Notes under the pieces: model-generated
Told to the model about the DNA's origin: nothing
Databases searched by the model: none
The model's input: the letters and a program-made list of their open reading frames with translations, nothing else
Program-made: the position numbers and the translations under genes
NCBI GenBank assembly: GCA_964247055.1
Contig: OZ176055.1
Coordinates: forward strand, 4,340,001-4,404,000
Direction of reading: 5' to 3'
Length of the DNA stretch: 64,000 nucleotides
From: Paragordius varius
Lineage: Eukaryota > Animalia > Nematomorpha
Shown here: positions 1 through 11,555 of the stretch, piece by piece
How the letters are laid out: every line of letters starts with the position of its first letter
Numbering within the stretch: the first letter of the stretch is position 1

Positions 1-261
1 AATTAAATAAATCTGTTACAAATTGTTTATTTTTATTAAGAGGCCATATCCCAAATAATTACACACGCTTTTAACGGAAATATATCTAAAATCGAACGGT
101 AGATACATTTTTCGGGGGAGAATGTATTTTGATTTGCGATAAGGTAGAAAGTTAAAAATAACTTTCATTTATCCATTAAAAGGAAATAAAATTTAATTAG
201 CCTTAAATGTAAGAAAATATCTGCTTAGAATATGTGTTTTTCTAAAAATTCAATAAAAATA

Positions 262-471
262 CAGTATGAACATTCATGCTGGCCTATTCCCATTATTGTT
301 GGCTGAATGGCAACACAGTAGTATATAAGTAAAAACAACAAAATGTAAAAATATTTTTTTCTATCTTACATTATTAATTTGTTTTTAATTATAGACAAAA
401 TTTGTTTTATAATTCATGCTATATTACTAATTGGCTAATATGTGAATAAGCCAGCATTAATGTACATACTG
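262..471. mobile_element. TA-flanked Tc1/mariner-type MITE in an SYCP1 intron
   Basis: Imperfect ~30-bp terminal inverted repeats CAGTATGAACATTCATGCTGGCCTATTC ... GAATAAGCCAGCATTAATGTACATACTG, with TA on both sides (260-261, 472-473). Confidence 0.7.
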
Positions 472-490
472 TAAACACGCAATAAAAAAC

Positions 491-3400
491 CATGTTTAAT
501 TGTTGGATTTCTGATAATCTTGATGTGGTTGTTTCAAGTTCTTTTCTCTGTTCATCCACCATATTTTTCAAAACAATGCATTCTTCTTCCTTTGCTTTAA
601 TTGTTAGTCTTAATAATAAATAAATATATAGTCAACCTTAATTTTTCAGTGTCCAACTTTAATAAATCCTTTTCACGATTCAAATAATTAATTTTGGTTT
701 CATGTGATTCACATTGTTTTTTGTATTGTTCAAGGTTCGCCTATTGAATAAATTTTAATTAATGTGAGAATTCAAAAACTGATATTACGAAACAATCATA
801 AATTTCATTCTTGCCTGTTATTAGTCAAAAGTTATATAAAAATATTATAATCGAAACAAAATATAATATTTTTTAATAATTAGTGCGAAAATGATAAAAA
901 TCGTAATTTAACGAACAAGTTAAAGAATTACCCCGAATAAAAATCAACGTGTAAATAAAACAATTATCTGGATTAAATGCATTTTTGGATGATTAGTTAG
1001 GTGATAAATTTTCGCAAGACCCTACATAAAGCTTTTAATAGCTAATTATAAAACTTACACAATTTAAAAATACTCTAAGGATACTTTTATTTTTGAATTT
1101 ACAGAATAGTATTGGAAATTTGTTTTGGGATAAAAACTCAAATTGTTTTAGAAAAATTATTATTTTTACATAATTTGGAGATCCACATTATTTTCAAAAA
1201 AGTTAAATCCTAGACGTATGTAGGAGAACTAAATAATCAAAAATTTACCGAAATAATATATTTTTTTATCTAATATACGTACAGTAATTTCAATTTCGTG
1301 TTTTGTGGATATTTCGAGTTTTGATTTTGTTTCCAAAAGAATTTTCTTAAAATCGGTATATGTTTTTTCGGCAGCATCCTTTTCATTCAATACCATTTCC
1401 TGTTAAAAATGAACTTAAACAATATAAAATTTATTTGAAAATTATACATCATCTATATATTTTAAAAATGAAAAATCCTGGCTTTGGGATGTGTTTTCGG
1501 AAAACCGGTGGATCCATTCAAATCCAAATGTCATAAAAATATAATTATTAATGAATACCCCGACAATAGCTTCGCCCTTTTTTCAAATTAGGCCCCCAGT
1601 TCGGGCCCACTCTGTGTAAAAAACGGTTATTTTGAAAACAGAAGTCCACAAAAATTGTGTCTTCGAGACAATTTTCCGGAAAACGTGTTGGACCATTCAA
1701 TTTCATATATGATTTTTTTTACTTTTTTTCGATTGTGCCGAACGTCGGCTCGCTTTTTTAATTTAGGCCCTCTTTTTACCCGCTCCCCCAGTAAAATGCC
1801 ATTTTTTCAAAAAAAATAAGTCAAAAATATTTTTTTGAATCTATTTTTTGCTTAAGGTATGAGCCGTAAAAATTCAATAAGGAATCCAGGTATTCCCTGT
1901 TAAAAGGCAAAAATAGTCAAGTGTTTCTTTGATGATAGCTGCTAGGTAAAGAGATACCCACTAAAAACTGACCCGTCATATCAAATAGCGTGCCTTTGGG
2001 GCTAAATTTCAGAAAACCTTTCAGGCCATATGGGTTCAATAACTGCTTAAAGTATTACCCGTAAAAAGTCAAAAACTTAAGTCGAGCGGATTTTTTGAAA
2101 TTAGCCGTTAATTAGGCGCCCTTCAAACCCTGAAAAATGCGCCACCGTAAAATATTTTTTTGATTTTGAGGCAATTTTTCCGAAAACTAATTAGAGCATA
2201 TGGAATCAATCATGATTCCAGGTATTCTCCGCAAAAAGGCAAAACTTTTAATCAAGCGCCTTTTTTGTATCAACCTCAGGGTAGGGACTACCCGCCTAAA
2301 ACTGCGTCATCATATATAAATTGCGTTGTTTAAAAGTTAATTTTCAGAAAACTTATCAGGCCATATAAGTTTAATAAGGGCTTAAAATATTACCCATAAA
2401 AAGGTAAAAATTTAAGTAGAGCTGTTTTAAATTACCCCTTAATTAGGCCTTTGCCCTGAAAAATGCGCCACCATAGAATGACTTTTTGGTTTTGAGGCAA
2501 TTATGCGAACCCATGAGAGCATATGGAATCAATAACGACTCCAAGTATTACCGAATTAAGGCAAAAATTTTAATCGAGTGTTTCTTTGTTTCGCCCCTGG
2601 TTAGGGGGCTACCCGCGTAAAACTAAGTCACCATATCGATACAGCATGCCTTTCGAGCCAAATTTTAGAAACTAATATGAACATATGGAATCCTAGATAA
2701 TTCCAGATATTCCCCATATAGAGGCAAAAATTTTCCCAACGCTTTTTATATACCTGCTCCTAGTAAGGAGCTACCCGCCCTGCGCCACTATATAGAAATT
2801 GCTTTGTTTTGGAGATAATTTTCAAAAAATTTATGAAGCCATATGAACTCATTAAAAGCTTAAAATATTAATAACTAGGTAAAAATTAAGGTAAGACGTT
2901 TTTTTATTAGCCGTTAATTTGGGGACTTTATGCCCTAAAATTAGGGCATCAATAACGATTATTTAGTGTTGAGGCATTGAGTTACCCGATGGTATTGAAG
3001 ATGATCCCAAACATTTGCCCTATAAAAGCAAAGAATTCAACTTAGCGCTTTTTCCATATAGGTCTATGGGTAGGGGTCTACCGGTCTAAACCTGAGACAC
3101 CATACAAAAATGGCGTGGTTTTGGAGCTAATTTTCAAAAAACTTAAGAAGCCTTACGAGTTCAGTTAAACACATTTCTGGGGAATTTGTATAATAATATT
3201 CTTTCCTTTAAGAGAGGACCACAAATGATTTACTTTTTATATCCCTTAATCTCAGCTCTGTGAACACAATTTCAAAATAAAACTTTTAACCATTATTTCG
3301 CAAAACGAAAATCTTAAAATAAATCCAATGTTGAATATTAACTTTAATAAGGGAAGGTTTAAATATGGTCACAATTTCGAGTAAACAATATTTGAGCCTA

Positions 3401-6400
3401 TGCAAATACCTAAAAAATAATTATAGACATTCTTTTTATTAAATATGTTTTTTATTATTTTTTTATCTCCATTAGCTCTATTTATTGTAACTAATTAAAA
3501 ATAATTATCAATGAGACTACATCACAGCGAAGCGTGACAGGGCCAGCTAGGAAAAATATAAGTCCTATATCACTATGGTTTTATAAATTGTATATAGCGC
3601 TCTAAAATGAAAACTCAATCGCAATTAAAATAAAAAATAATACCTTTTCCATTTCTAACGCTTGATATTTTTCATTCATTTCCTTTAAGCTTTGTCGAAG
3701 TTCATCTAAATAAATTGTAAAAGATTAAACCCAAATTTCGGAAGATAAGTTTGTAGAAACACAATTGTAGTATATGGGCTTTGTAAATTATTTACTTTTG
3801 TAAAGAAAAAAATGGATGAAACAATTTTTTAATATCAATAATATAACTGGCTAATCTAAATTTTAAAATGTATGAAGCCCATGAATTACCATTTTTTTCG
3901 TATTTTTTTAAGGTTAAAAATAATTTTTTATAATATAACATTTTTCAGTCTCGAAAACAAATTTTTTTCCACCAAACGCTATATTTTTTCAAGCAAATGC
4001 AACAATTTTTCAAGCAAACCCAACATTTTTACAATATTAAATTGATTCCAATGCCAACTACTATATTATATTTCCAAATTATATTCTGAAAACGTTATTT
4101 ATTTTAGACCAAAAACTTTTGAAATATTTGATTAAACGATCCAAAATGTTAATGATTGCAGTTTATTCAAAATTCGTTAATGGTTAACGAAATTTAATTT
4201 AGTTTTTAGTATTATTGTTTAAAATACTCTAATACTTAAATATATTATTTAAAGTTTAAAAAATATATTTATAAAACTAACATAAAAACCTTGAATTGTT
4301 TGCTGTTCTGCTATTTGTTGACTTTTCAAGGAAACCAATTCATTTAATTTGCCGAATCTATAAAAAAATATAAGCTAAGGTTGTAACTTATTTTGTAAAT
4401 TCTGTTGGTAGTTTTTGCATTTGTGATCCAGATTGGCCAATTTTTGGTGCAATCCTTTAAAACGATCATTCAAATTTTCCATTTTATTGCCAAGTGATTT
4501 TTTATAATCATGATTAATTGTAGAAAATGATTGAATATACATCGGAATATCGTTTTCCAAATAACTTTTTAGCATTTTGTTAGCATTCTACAAGTTTAAA
4601 ATATATTTAATCGTATTATGGTATTAATATATTAATATTTATCAAATATGTATTTCAAATAAATGATGTTACCCTCAAAGGTTTTCCAACTTAAAAAATT
4701 GCTCTAGAAGCCGTTATTTCAATTATATTAGCGGAATGGCCGAACTTAATATTAGCCATTTTTCGAGAGAGTAACGGCTACAAAAACTTTAATTTTACAA
4801 CTAACGTAACCATGTCAAAAAGAGTAGAAGTTAATTGGAAAAATTGTGTTACAAAACAATATGTTTATTGATACAATGATAAACAATCATAAATTCGGAT
4901 GAAAATGCTATATGATAAAAATTTTTTTATCAACATAATTTATTTTAAAATAAATATGTATAGGGCTTTTTACTCCAATAAATTATATTGCGAAATTAGT
5001 CACACTCAATTGTTTTTGGTAGGTATTTTAATTTAGTAATTTTACGAGACTTGAGATCAGTAATCCCAAAAATTTCTCCAAAGTGATGTTACAAAAACGG
5101 TTTCTGTTCCATCCTTATAGCTTTAAATTTTGGCATTTAAATGATAATACTAATGAACTAATATTAATGATAATAAAATTTTCTTTATATCCACAGAATA
5201 CAAATGTCCAATTGATTAAGTTTTTTATATTTCTACCATATTCAATTATTTTTCAAGCCCCTTTAATTTCGGTTCTACAGGTAAGAGCGCTTCCTATTCG
5301 GAAACCTCTGACTTAAACATTCCATAGTATTACATGGTGCTCACAAAAATGAATATATAATATATACAATAAATCATTCGATACCTAAGAGCATCTGTAT
5401 ACCGAATATTATATAAACGCAATTAAATATCACCAAAAGTTATTTCCTTTTTCTGCTATTCGCGAAAATTAAAATCGCGCAGTTTGTCCTGTTTAATAAT
5501 AGAATTAAGAAAACCGCTAGCCAAATTATTCATGTTAATGTCTATCCTAAATACGAAATATTTTCAAGATTTTTTTAAAGACCCTACAAAAGACTAACAT
5601 TTTAAACTGGACTTGACCATGATAATTGAGTTAATGAAAATTGCTATCGTAATAATATTTTTTTATTTAAACTATCATATTTGAAAAGATAATCTAATAA
5701 TATAAAAAATCGCATCTTTGTGGAAATACTAGCTTGATTCTAACAACTTTTCCATATAATTTGAATTAACATTTTCACGATTTGCAGGAAAAAAATTTTA
5801 TCGACACATTTCTAGATTCAAATAGTTTTTATATTTAATCTTTTAAACCGATTTAATATTGGGTTATAAAGTTAATATAAAATTTAAATAATAATTAAAA
5901 AAACTACCGCATAATTTTTATTGGTTTAACACACTTTGCAAAAGCCCTCCCTTAAATATATATAAAACCTAAATAATATTTGTTCAAAATTTATCCTTGT
6001 GATAAATAGTTATAAACTTTTAAATATACTTATTATTATTATGGGCGATAAAATATATTTTATAATAATTATGAATAAATATAACTAACAGATAATAGAG
6101 ATCAAAAAATATTACAGATCAACAATATCCATGGTTTAATTTAACTGCAAATGTATAATTTAGAGTTATGATTATATGTTATGTAAAAATTACCATTAAA
6201 TTTAAATTATCCCTCTCAATGTCTAATATTTTTTCCATGTTTTTCGGCAAAATATCATTTTCAAACGATCTAATCTTGTCCTGTGCACATTCTATATATA
6301 ACATTTGATTTTGAAATCACATAAGTGGCAAATATTTATTGTAAAATCATAAATTGCCTAATGCTTATAGTTAACGATTCTTCAACAAAAGTCGGTTTAC

Positions 6401-7661
6401 TATTATATAAACCGATATTTAAATTTATTTTATTTAATTGAAAACAGCGGTGCTCACCAAAAATTTAGAAGGTCAAAATCTTTTTATTCTCGCGGGACAC
6501 ATCACATGCTATACTCTTACGCAATGATTGACAATCAATAAAGATTACATAAAAACGTTAATTATTTACTATAAACTTTAATAAAATAATTCAATATTCA
6601 GTAACAAAAAGAGTACCCAAGTCATTATGCAATGTATTTTTTATAATTAGGAGGGCCTGATGTTCTTCGTTCAACTTGGATTTCGACAATTTTAGTTCTT
6701 CAACAATTTCCGTTAATTCCTCGATCTATTCTCAAATATTTAAATTAAATTATATATGAGTTTATTTATTTGGTCGTCTTTACCTGTTTATTTTTTGCAG
6801 CGTTTTCATCTTTGTGAATATTCTCTAGATCATTTATAAATATTTGTTTAGATTTGACTAAAATATACATATTGTAAACTTGCATCTTCTAACTCGTGAA
6901 TCTGAAATTGGGACGTTTCTTCCAATTCACAAAATTTTGCTAATAAATTCTACCATTTTATATTCTTATAAACCTCGTATTTCTCAGTAATATAGCCAAT
7001 AGTGCCATCAATTTTATCCTTAGTGTTTAAATCTAAAATTTATCAATATTAAACATAATTTAAATTGCGCAGTCATGGACCCGAAAAAAGTTTTTAATAC
7101 GTGACAAAGATTTCGAGTAGTTTCAATTCTATAATAATTATATTTGTTACTTGGTGGTTATTTCATATTGATTTTCTGATAGTTGCCTATTGGTGTTATT
7201 AAAATTTTCGTTTTGAATCTACTTATATAAATATATACTTTTAAATCAGTATTAGTTTTCTGCAATATTTCGATCATAATTCTATTTTGTTTTAGAGTTT
7301 GATCCTTTTGTGTTAAAAATGCATTACTTGAAATTTAGTTTTATCCTCCATTTCAGATTTCCATTCCTGAATTTCGGATGCCTTTTCAAAAAATAACTTT
7401 TGTATATTATGGCTTTCTTGTTTTATGGTCATATAATCGGTTTCTTTATCCATATATGGTATTGCCTTTGCCACCTCTTTCGAATTATTGGCATTATTTT
7501 CATGAATTTGCGGACTAACGCGGGTAATTATTTTTTCTCAGGGTTAAATATCGAAATACCGTTAGATGTATGAGAAGTATTGTCACTATCCTGGGCAGAA
7601 AAACCAAAATTTGGAATTTGCTAGAAATTAAATTTATATCACATACGATAGTTGGGAACAT
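491..7661 (-). CDS. SYCP1: Synaptonemal complex protein 1-like coiled-coil protein (5' part; gene continues beyond the left edge)
   Basis: Phase-consistent GT-AG exons from the ATG at 7661 down to 491-608, including 7560-7620, 7328-7536, 7239-7304, 7151-7218, 7055-7128, 6974-7032, 6880-6949, ~4389-4583, ~3645-3709, ~1283-1399 and 637-740. The spliced protein contains LFFEKASEIQEWKSEMEDKTKFQDQTLKQNRIMIEILQKTNTDLKIQNEN...IETTRNLCHVLK. This matches from memory the conserved N-terminal SYCP1 motif (human LYKEAEKIKKWK...LQENRKIIEAQRKAIQELQ...NATRHLCNLLK) and is followed by long heptad coiled coil. The exact start codon is less certain. Confidence 0.75.
1480..3180. repeat. Degenerate tandem array of ~160-180-bp units with A/B alternation (~330-bp higher-order unit) in an SYCP1 intron
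   Basis: Unit starts of the type aggtattccc/aagtattacc recur near 1888, 2059, 2219, 2385, 2543, 2704, 2862 and 3009. Recurrent motifs are aaaaggcaaaaa, GGGTAG-N3-CTACCC, ccatatgg and ttaattaggc. Confidence 0.8.
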
Positions 7662-7815
7662 AAAAAGCAGACGATTACCAAAATTTTACATAATGTCATA
7701 GATAGCATATAAGGTATAAAATTAAAATTTATTTAGATATCTATAATATTATATTGAGCGTATTCTTATCCTCCACCCAGCTTCTGACGCCTTTAAATCT
7801 CTTGCTCAAGTAATT

Positions 7816-7897
7816 TTATGAAACATAGGGAGGTTTTATGTCCTTGTTTTTTAATATTTCATTAAATATCCATTCGGTACTGTCATAAATGCCAGAA

Positions 7898-7933
<36 letters not shown>

Positions 7934-10457
7934 AAATTCGAATATTATTTGCAACAATATGGAAATTTTACTGTAAAATTATTTTAATCAAATCGAAAAT
8001 GACTAAGAATAGGAACCCGCCCATTTTATGTGCGGCCCGCGATAACTTTGAAAATTATTGGGAAATAAGGCTTACAAATGTTAGTGAAATTGATATTTCT
8101 CAAACAAATTTTCTGAAAAAATCAATTCAATTGGCAAAACAAACAAGAAAACATTGTTTTCAGTTGTCTTATAGTTTTACTTTTAATATTAAAATATTTA
8201 TAAATAAGTACAAATTTTGAAATGCGGCCCGCAAAGCCGTTTGTGTTGGAAACCCCTGACTAAGAATATTAAAATTAGGACGAATGAAAAAACTAAGGTT
8301 TTAATGGTTGGTATTAAATTTAAATAAAAAGAGTTGCATTGAGTGAGAACGTAATTAGAATGTTTTTAAAATATTTTGATACATATTTTTGAACATATAA
8401 TTAGATAGATATATACATTGTTAATAATTACAAAATTATATTAATAAACTTATTAATTGCTGCAGTTGGAAAAAATTTGTGCTTTTCCAGTTGTGAGTAC
8501 TGACTAATGATGGTGGAAAATTGTGAGATAATGGCTCCTGGACTTAGCGCTCTAATATCATCTTGTTTATTTATAAGAATCATTAAGGGAATGTTTTTTA
8601 CAAGGGAATGACTTATAACATTTTCTAAAGTTCAAAAAATAGCAATTAGAATGGTAAAAAAAGCAATGACTATGCAAAAAATAGTTATTATAAATTACTT
8701 ACTAAAGGCATTAAGACAATCTGATATTCTATCAATGTCAGTTGAATCTATGATATAGATTATAGCATGGGCATCATTGTAATACTATAATAATGTATGT
8801 ATATACTAATATTAAAATTAACAGCAATTTTTAACCCAATATAAATCTTTATTTAATTAAAATCGATTAAAAATATAGAACATTTTTTTTGTCAAGTCCA
8901 TCATGCGACGCCAAATAGATTAAAAAATTGTTTTTATAGTTTTGCTGAACAAAAGTTGGCTTTTATCTATGTTTAGATATTAATTTATAATTAGAGAATT
9001 TTTGGGATGGATTTCGGGTATGGTGATTTTTCCTAAAGAAGACCTAAGGCTTCGACATCGTCGATTAAGTGTTTCGTTGCTTTTCCATGGAATGCATATT
9101 CATGATATATTAAAGGATAATCTAATTTAGGTTTGTGCTGCAATTTTCGTTTACGTGGAATTTGTAATTTAATTTTGAGTTTTGCAATAGCACAACTCCG
9201 AAAAACAGTCAGTGTCTTATATTTATTAAGATTATTTGTACATTTGCATCCCAGGGAAAAATCCGATTTCTATGATTGTGGACTACAGCTTAAACAACTA
9301 GGCATGAATATACAACGGAGCGACAAGGATGTGTTCTCTCACCAACTTTTTCAAACTGCATTAAAGGATATTACGGGACGCAGACAGATAACAAGGTATA
9401 AAATCCTTGAAAATAGAATATCGTCCACCCACTAGGCCGACGACACTATACTAATAACAAATTGACACGAAAACCTCAAGAATCTCTGCTACAATTAACC
9501 AATTATGTATAACGCACAAAATTATAATACCCTACCATTGATGAATCATCAAAAAGACTAATACAATGCATAATTTATAGAAATCCTAAAACGACCAGCA
9601 ATAGCACCTACATGGGACGAATAGCAATAGAAAAGTAATTTGATCAATATGACAATTATATCATCATGTGGCATAAGCTAAAAGCTAAAATCAGATCTCT
9701 AAACTTTCAAGCATGCTAAGACGCAGAGAGCTGAACATTAAAAAAAGAAGGGAGGAATATTCGTGCTTCCAAAATGTGATGATGAAAAAAGAGCTGCAAT
9801 TTATTAAGATTGATAAATAGAACCTGACATCTCCTTGTTCTGCATAAGCCTTTACATAAACTACTACCTACGGATGAGACCAGGACCATAAACTCCAAAT
9901 ACCAACTATAGGAAAAGTAAATACGCCCGAAAAACGGAAACGGTGCCGACGAAAGAAAACAAGTATTCTCGCCTATACAGAACAAACTGACAAAAAATTT
10001 AGCAATTAATCGACTCGTACAATCCTATGACATATTGGCATCTTTTAACTTATTACTGAAATAAACTTAACTCCTAAAATTACCTAATTCATTGATTAAT
10101 GATTGAAAAGTGTATTAAGTATTGTAATTGACAGATAATTACTTTATCCCATAAATTTTGAAGATCATCCTGACCACCCAAATCCCAAAAGCACATTTTG
10201 TTTGATGAATGATAAGTAACATTTGCAGCTATAGTAAACCAAATTAGAAACCATTCATTCCTATAGTGGGAGTAATAGTTTTGCTTATAATTCGCTCGTT
10301 TTCATATTTTTTGGAATTTGATTTGACTTGTTCCAAAAATGTCTAGGATATAAATATTAAATACAGTTTTTCCGGAATTATCTAACCCAAGAATTAATAT
10401 ATTGTATTCGTCTTTACTGAAAAAATAACGAAAAAGTCCTGATATCAATGAAAACAT
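7816..10457 (-). CDS. ARFRP1: ADP-ribosylation factor-related protein 1 (small GTPase), 6 exons
   Basis: Exons 10365-10457, 10252-10342, 10143-10228, 8703-8784, 8450-8624 and 7816-7897 splice in frame: MFSLISGLFRYFFSKDEYNILILGLDNSGKTTFLEQ...FWDLGGQDDLQNLWDKYY...IIDSTD...NKQD...EWI...KPPYVS*. G1, G3 and G4 motifs and the ARFRP1-type N-terminus are present. Confidence 0.93.
8010..8258 (-). mobile_element. hAT-type MITE in ARFRP1 intron 5
   Basis: Right end ttggaaacccctg and GCGGCCCGC subterminal motifs. The 8-bp direct repeat ACTAAGAA flanks it at 8002-8009 and 8259-8266. The left TIR is decayed. Same family as 55661-55902. Confidence 0.7.
9000..9990 (+). mobile_element. Decayed RTE-like non-LTR retrotransposon RT fragment, antisense within ARFRP1 intron 3
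   Basis: Residual RT motifs: GFR (~9009), KAFD-like (~9047), RQGCVLSP (cgacaaggatgtgttctctcacca at 9321), *ADDTILI from YADD (9433-9456), and a basic GK..KRKR.R 3' tail near 9920. Multiple stops and frameshifts. Confidence 0.7.
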
Positions 10458-11555
10458 ACGTTTTTTTATAGTAACATAATATCATCAATATAGTATGGTA
10501 TTTCTTCCATAGTGAAACAAAATAATTATATGCATTACCATATAAAATATTTTTCAATTTAAAAATATAAAATATTGGGAGGCTAAAATTTAAATTGCAT
10601 ACTGTATAACGATTATTGATTACAAATGTTCATATGTCTACGATACAAATGAGAGTTGGTAACGCCATGCCTAATAAAAATCAAATTTATAAATATTTTA
10701 TTTTGTATAATATCGGAATTAAAAAACTCCATAACTTGATATTTCTTATTATCTACCTAAAATCAAAATTTTAATGATATTAATGTATCAGCTATGTTAA
10801 CACCACACATGACCTTGTAGGGAGTGTTATATATGGAAATTTATTTATCTTAAAAATTTTGTAAGTAATCAAGCCAAATAATAACTACCTTAAGCTTTTT
10901 AGCCGCATAAAATTTTTTTCAATAATAAAATGAAAAAAAATCCTCATTCGTAACTTTTTTCTTGCCATTTTTCTTTTCACTTTTTGTTCTTTAATCTTTT
11001 GGAGTTTTATATCCCAGAGGTCCATTTCGTAAATAAACTACTTTGAAATTTTCCAAACATTGTTTTCATGTATTAAGAGCTTATATTTATTCCAATTTTG
11101 TGACTTCTAGAGTCTAAAATTTGGACAGCTCCAAAACAAGAGGGAAGCAAACAGCTGATATAAAAACAAAATATTTCTGCTGATGTAGCCTTAAGGCTTT
11201 TTAAAGTTAATTATACTTCTAATTAAATTATACAATTATTTGCTGTTGCATTAGCGATATAAAAAAATTTATAAAAAAATGGCGGCAAAAAATAAGGATA
11301 TTTTTACATTTTCAAATTTTTTAGAAAAAAATTTGTATAATGTGCTTAATAAACTAGAAAGCATATTAAAACCGGCTAAGATTTAAAATTAATTGCTCTG
11401 GTCAAACTATTCTTAAGATAGAGGGTTAAAAAATAAATAATTAACTTCAATGCATTTAATATTTTACTACATTTTGAGATTATACCCTCCCAGTTAGAAA
11501 TAAATAATATTATGATTCGGGACCAATTTTAATATGCAATATATATGGCCATTTA

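Noticed and set aside
5083-5316. Short ORFs in the track such as 5083-5316, 7999-8220, 11534-11722, 27777-27971, 39301-39519, 46863-47201 and 60457-60684
   Set aside because: They are F/I/L/K/N-rich translations of AT-rich introns or repeats, or antisense shadows of real exons, with no motifs or splice support.
10590-11380. Possible small plus-strand gene divergent from ARFRP1
   Set aside because: Short exon-like pieces exist, but I could not find a start or a stop-free splice path, and I recognise no homology.
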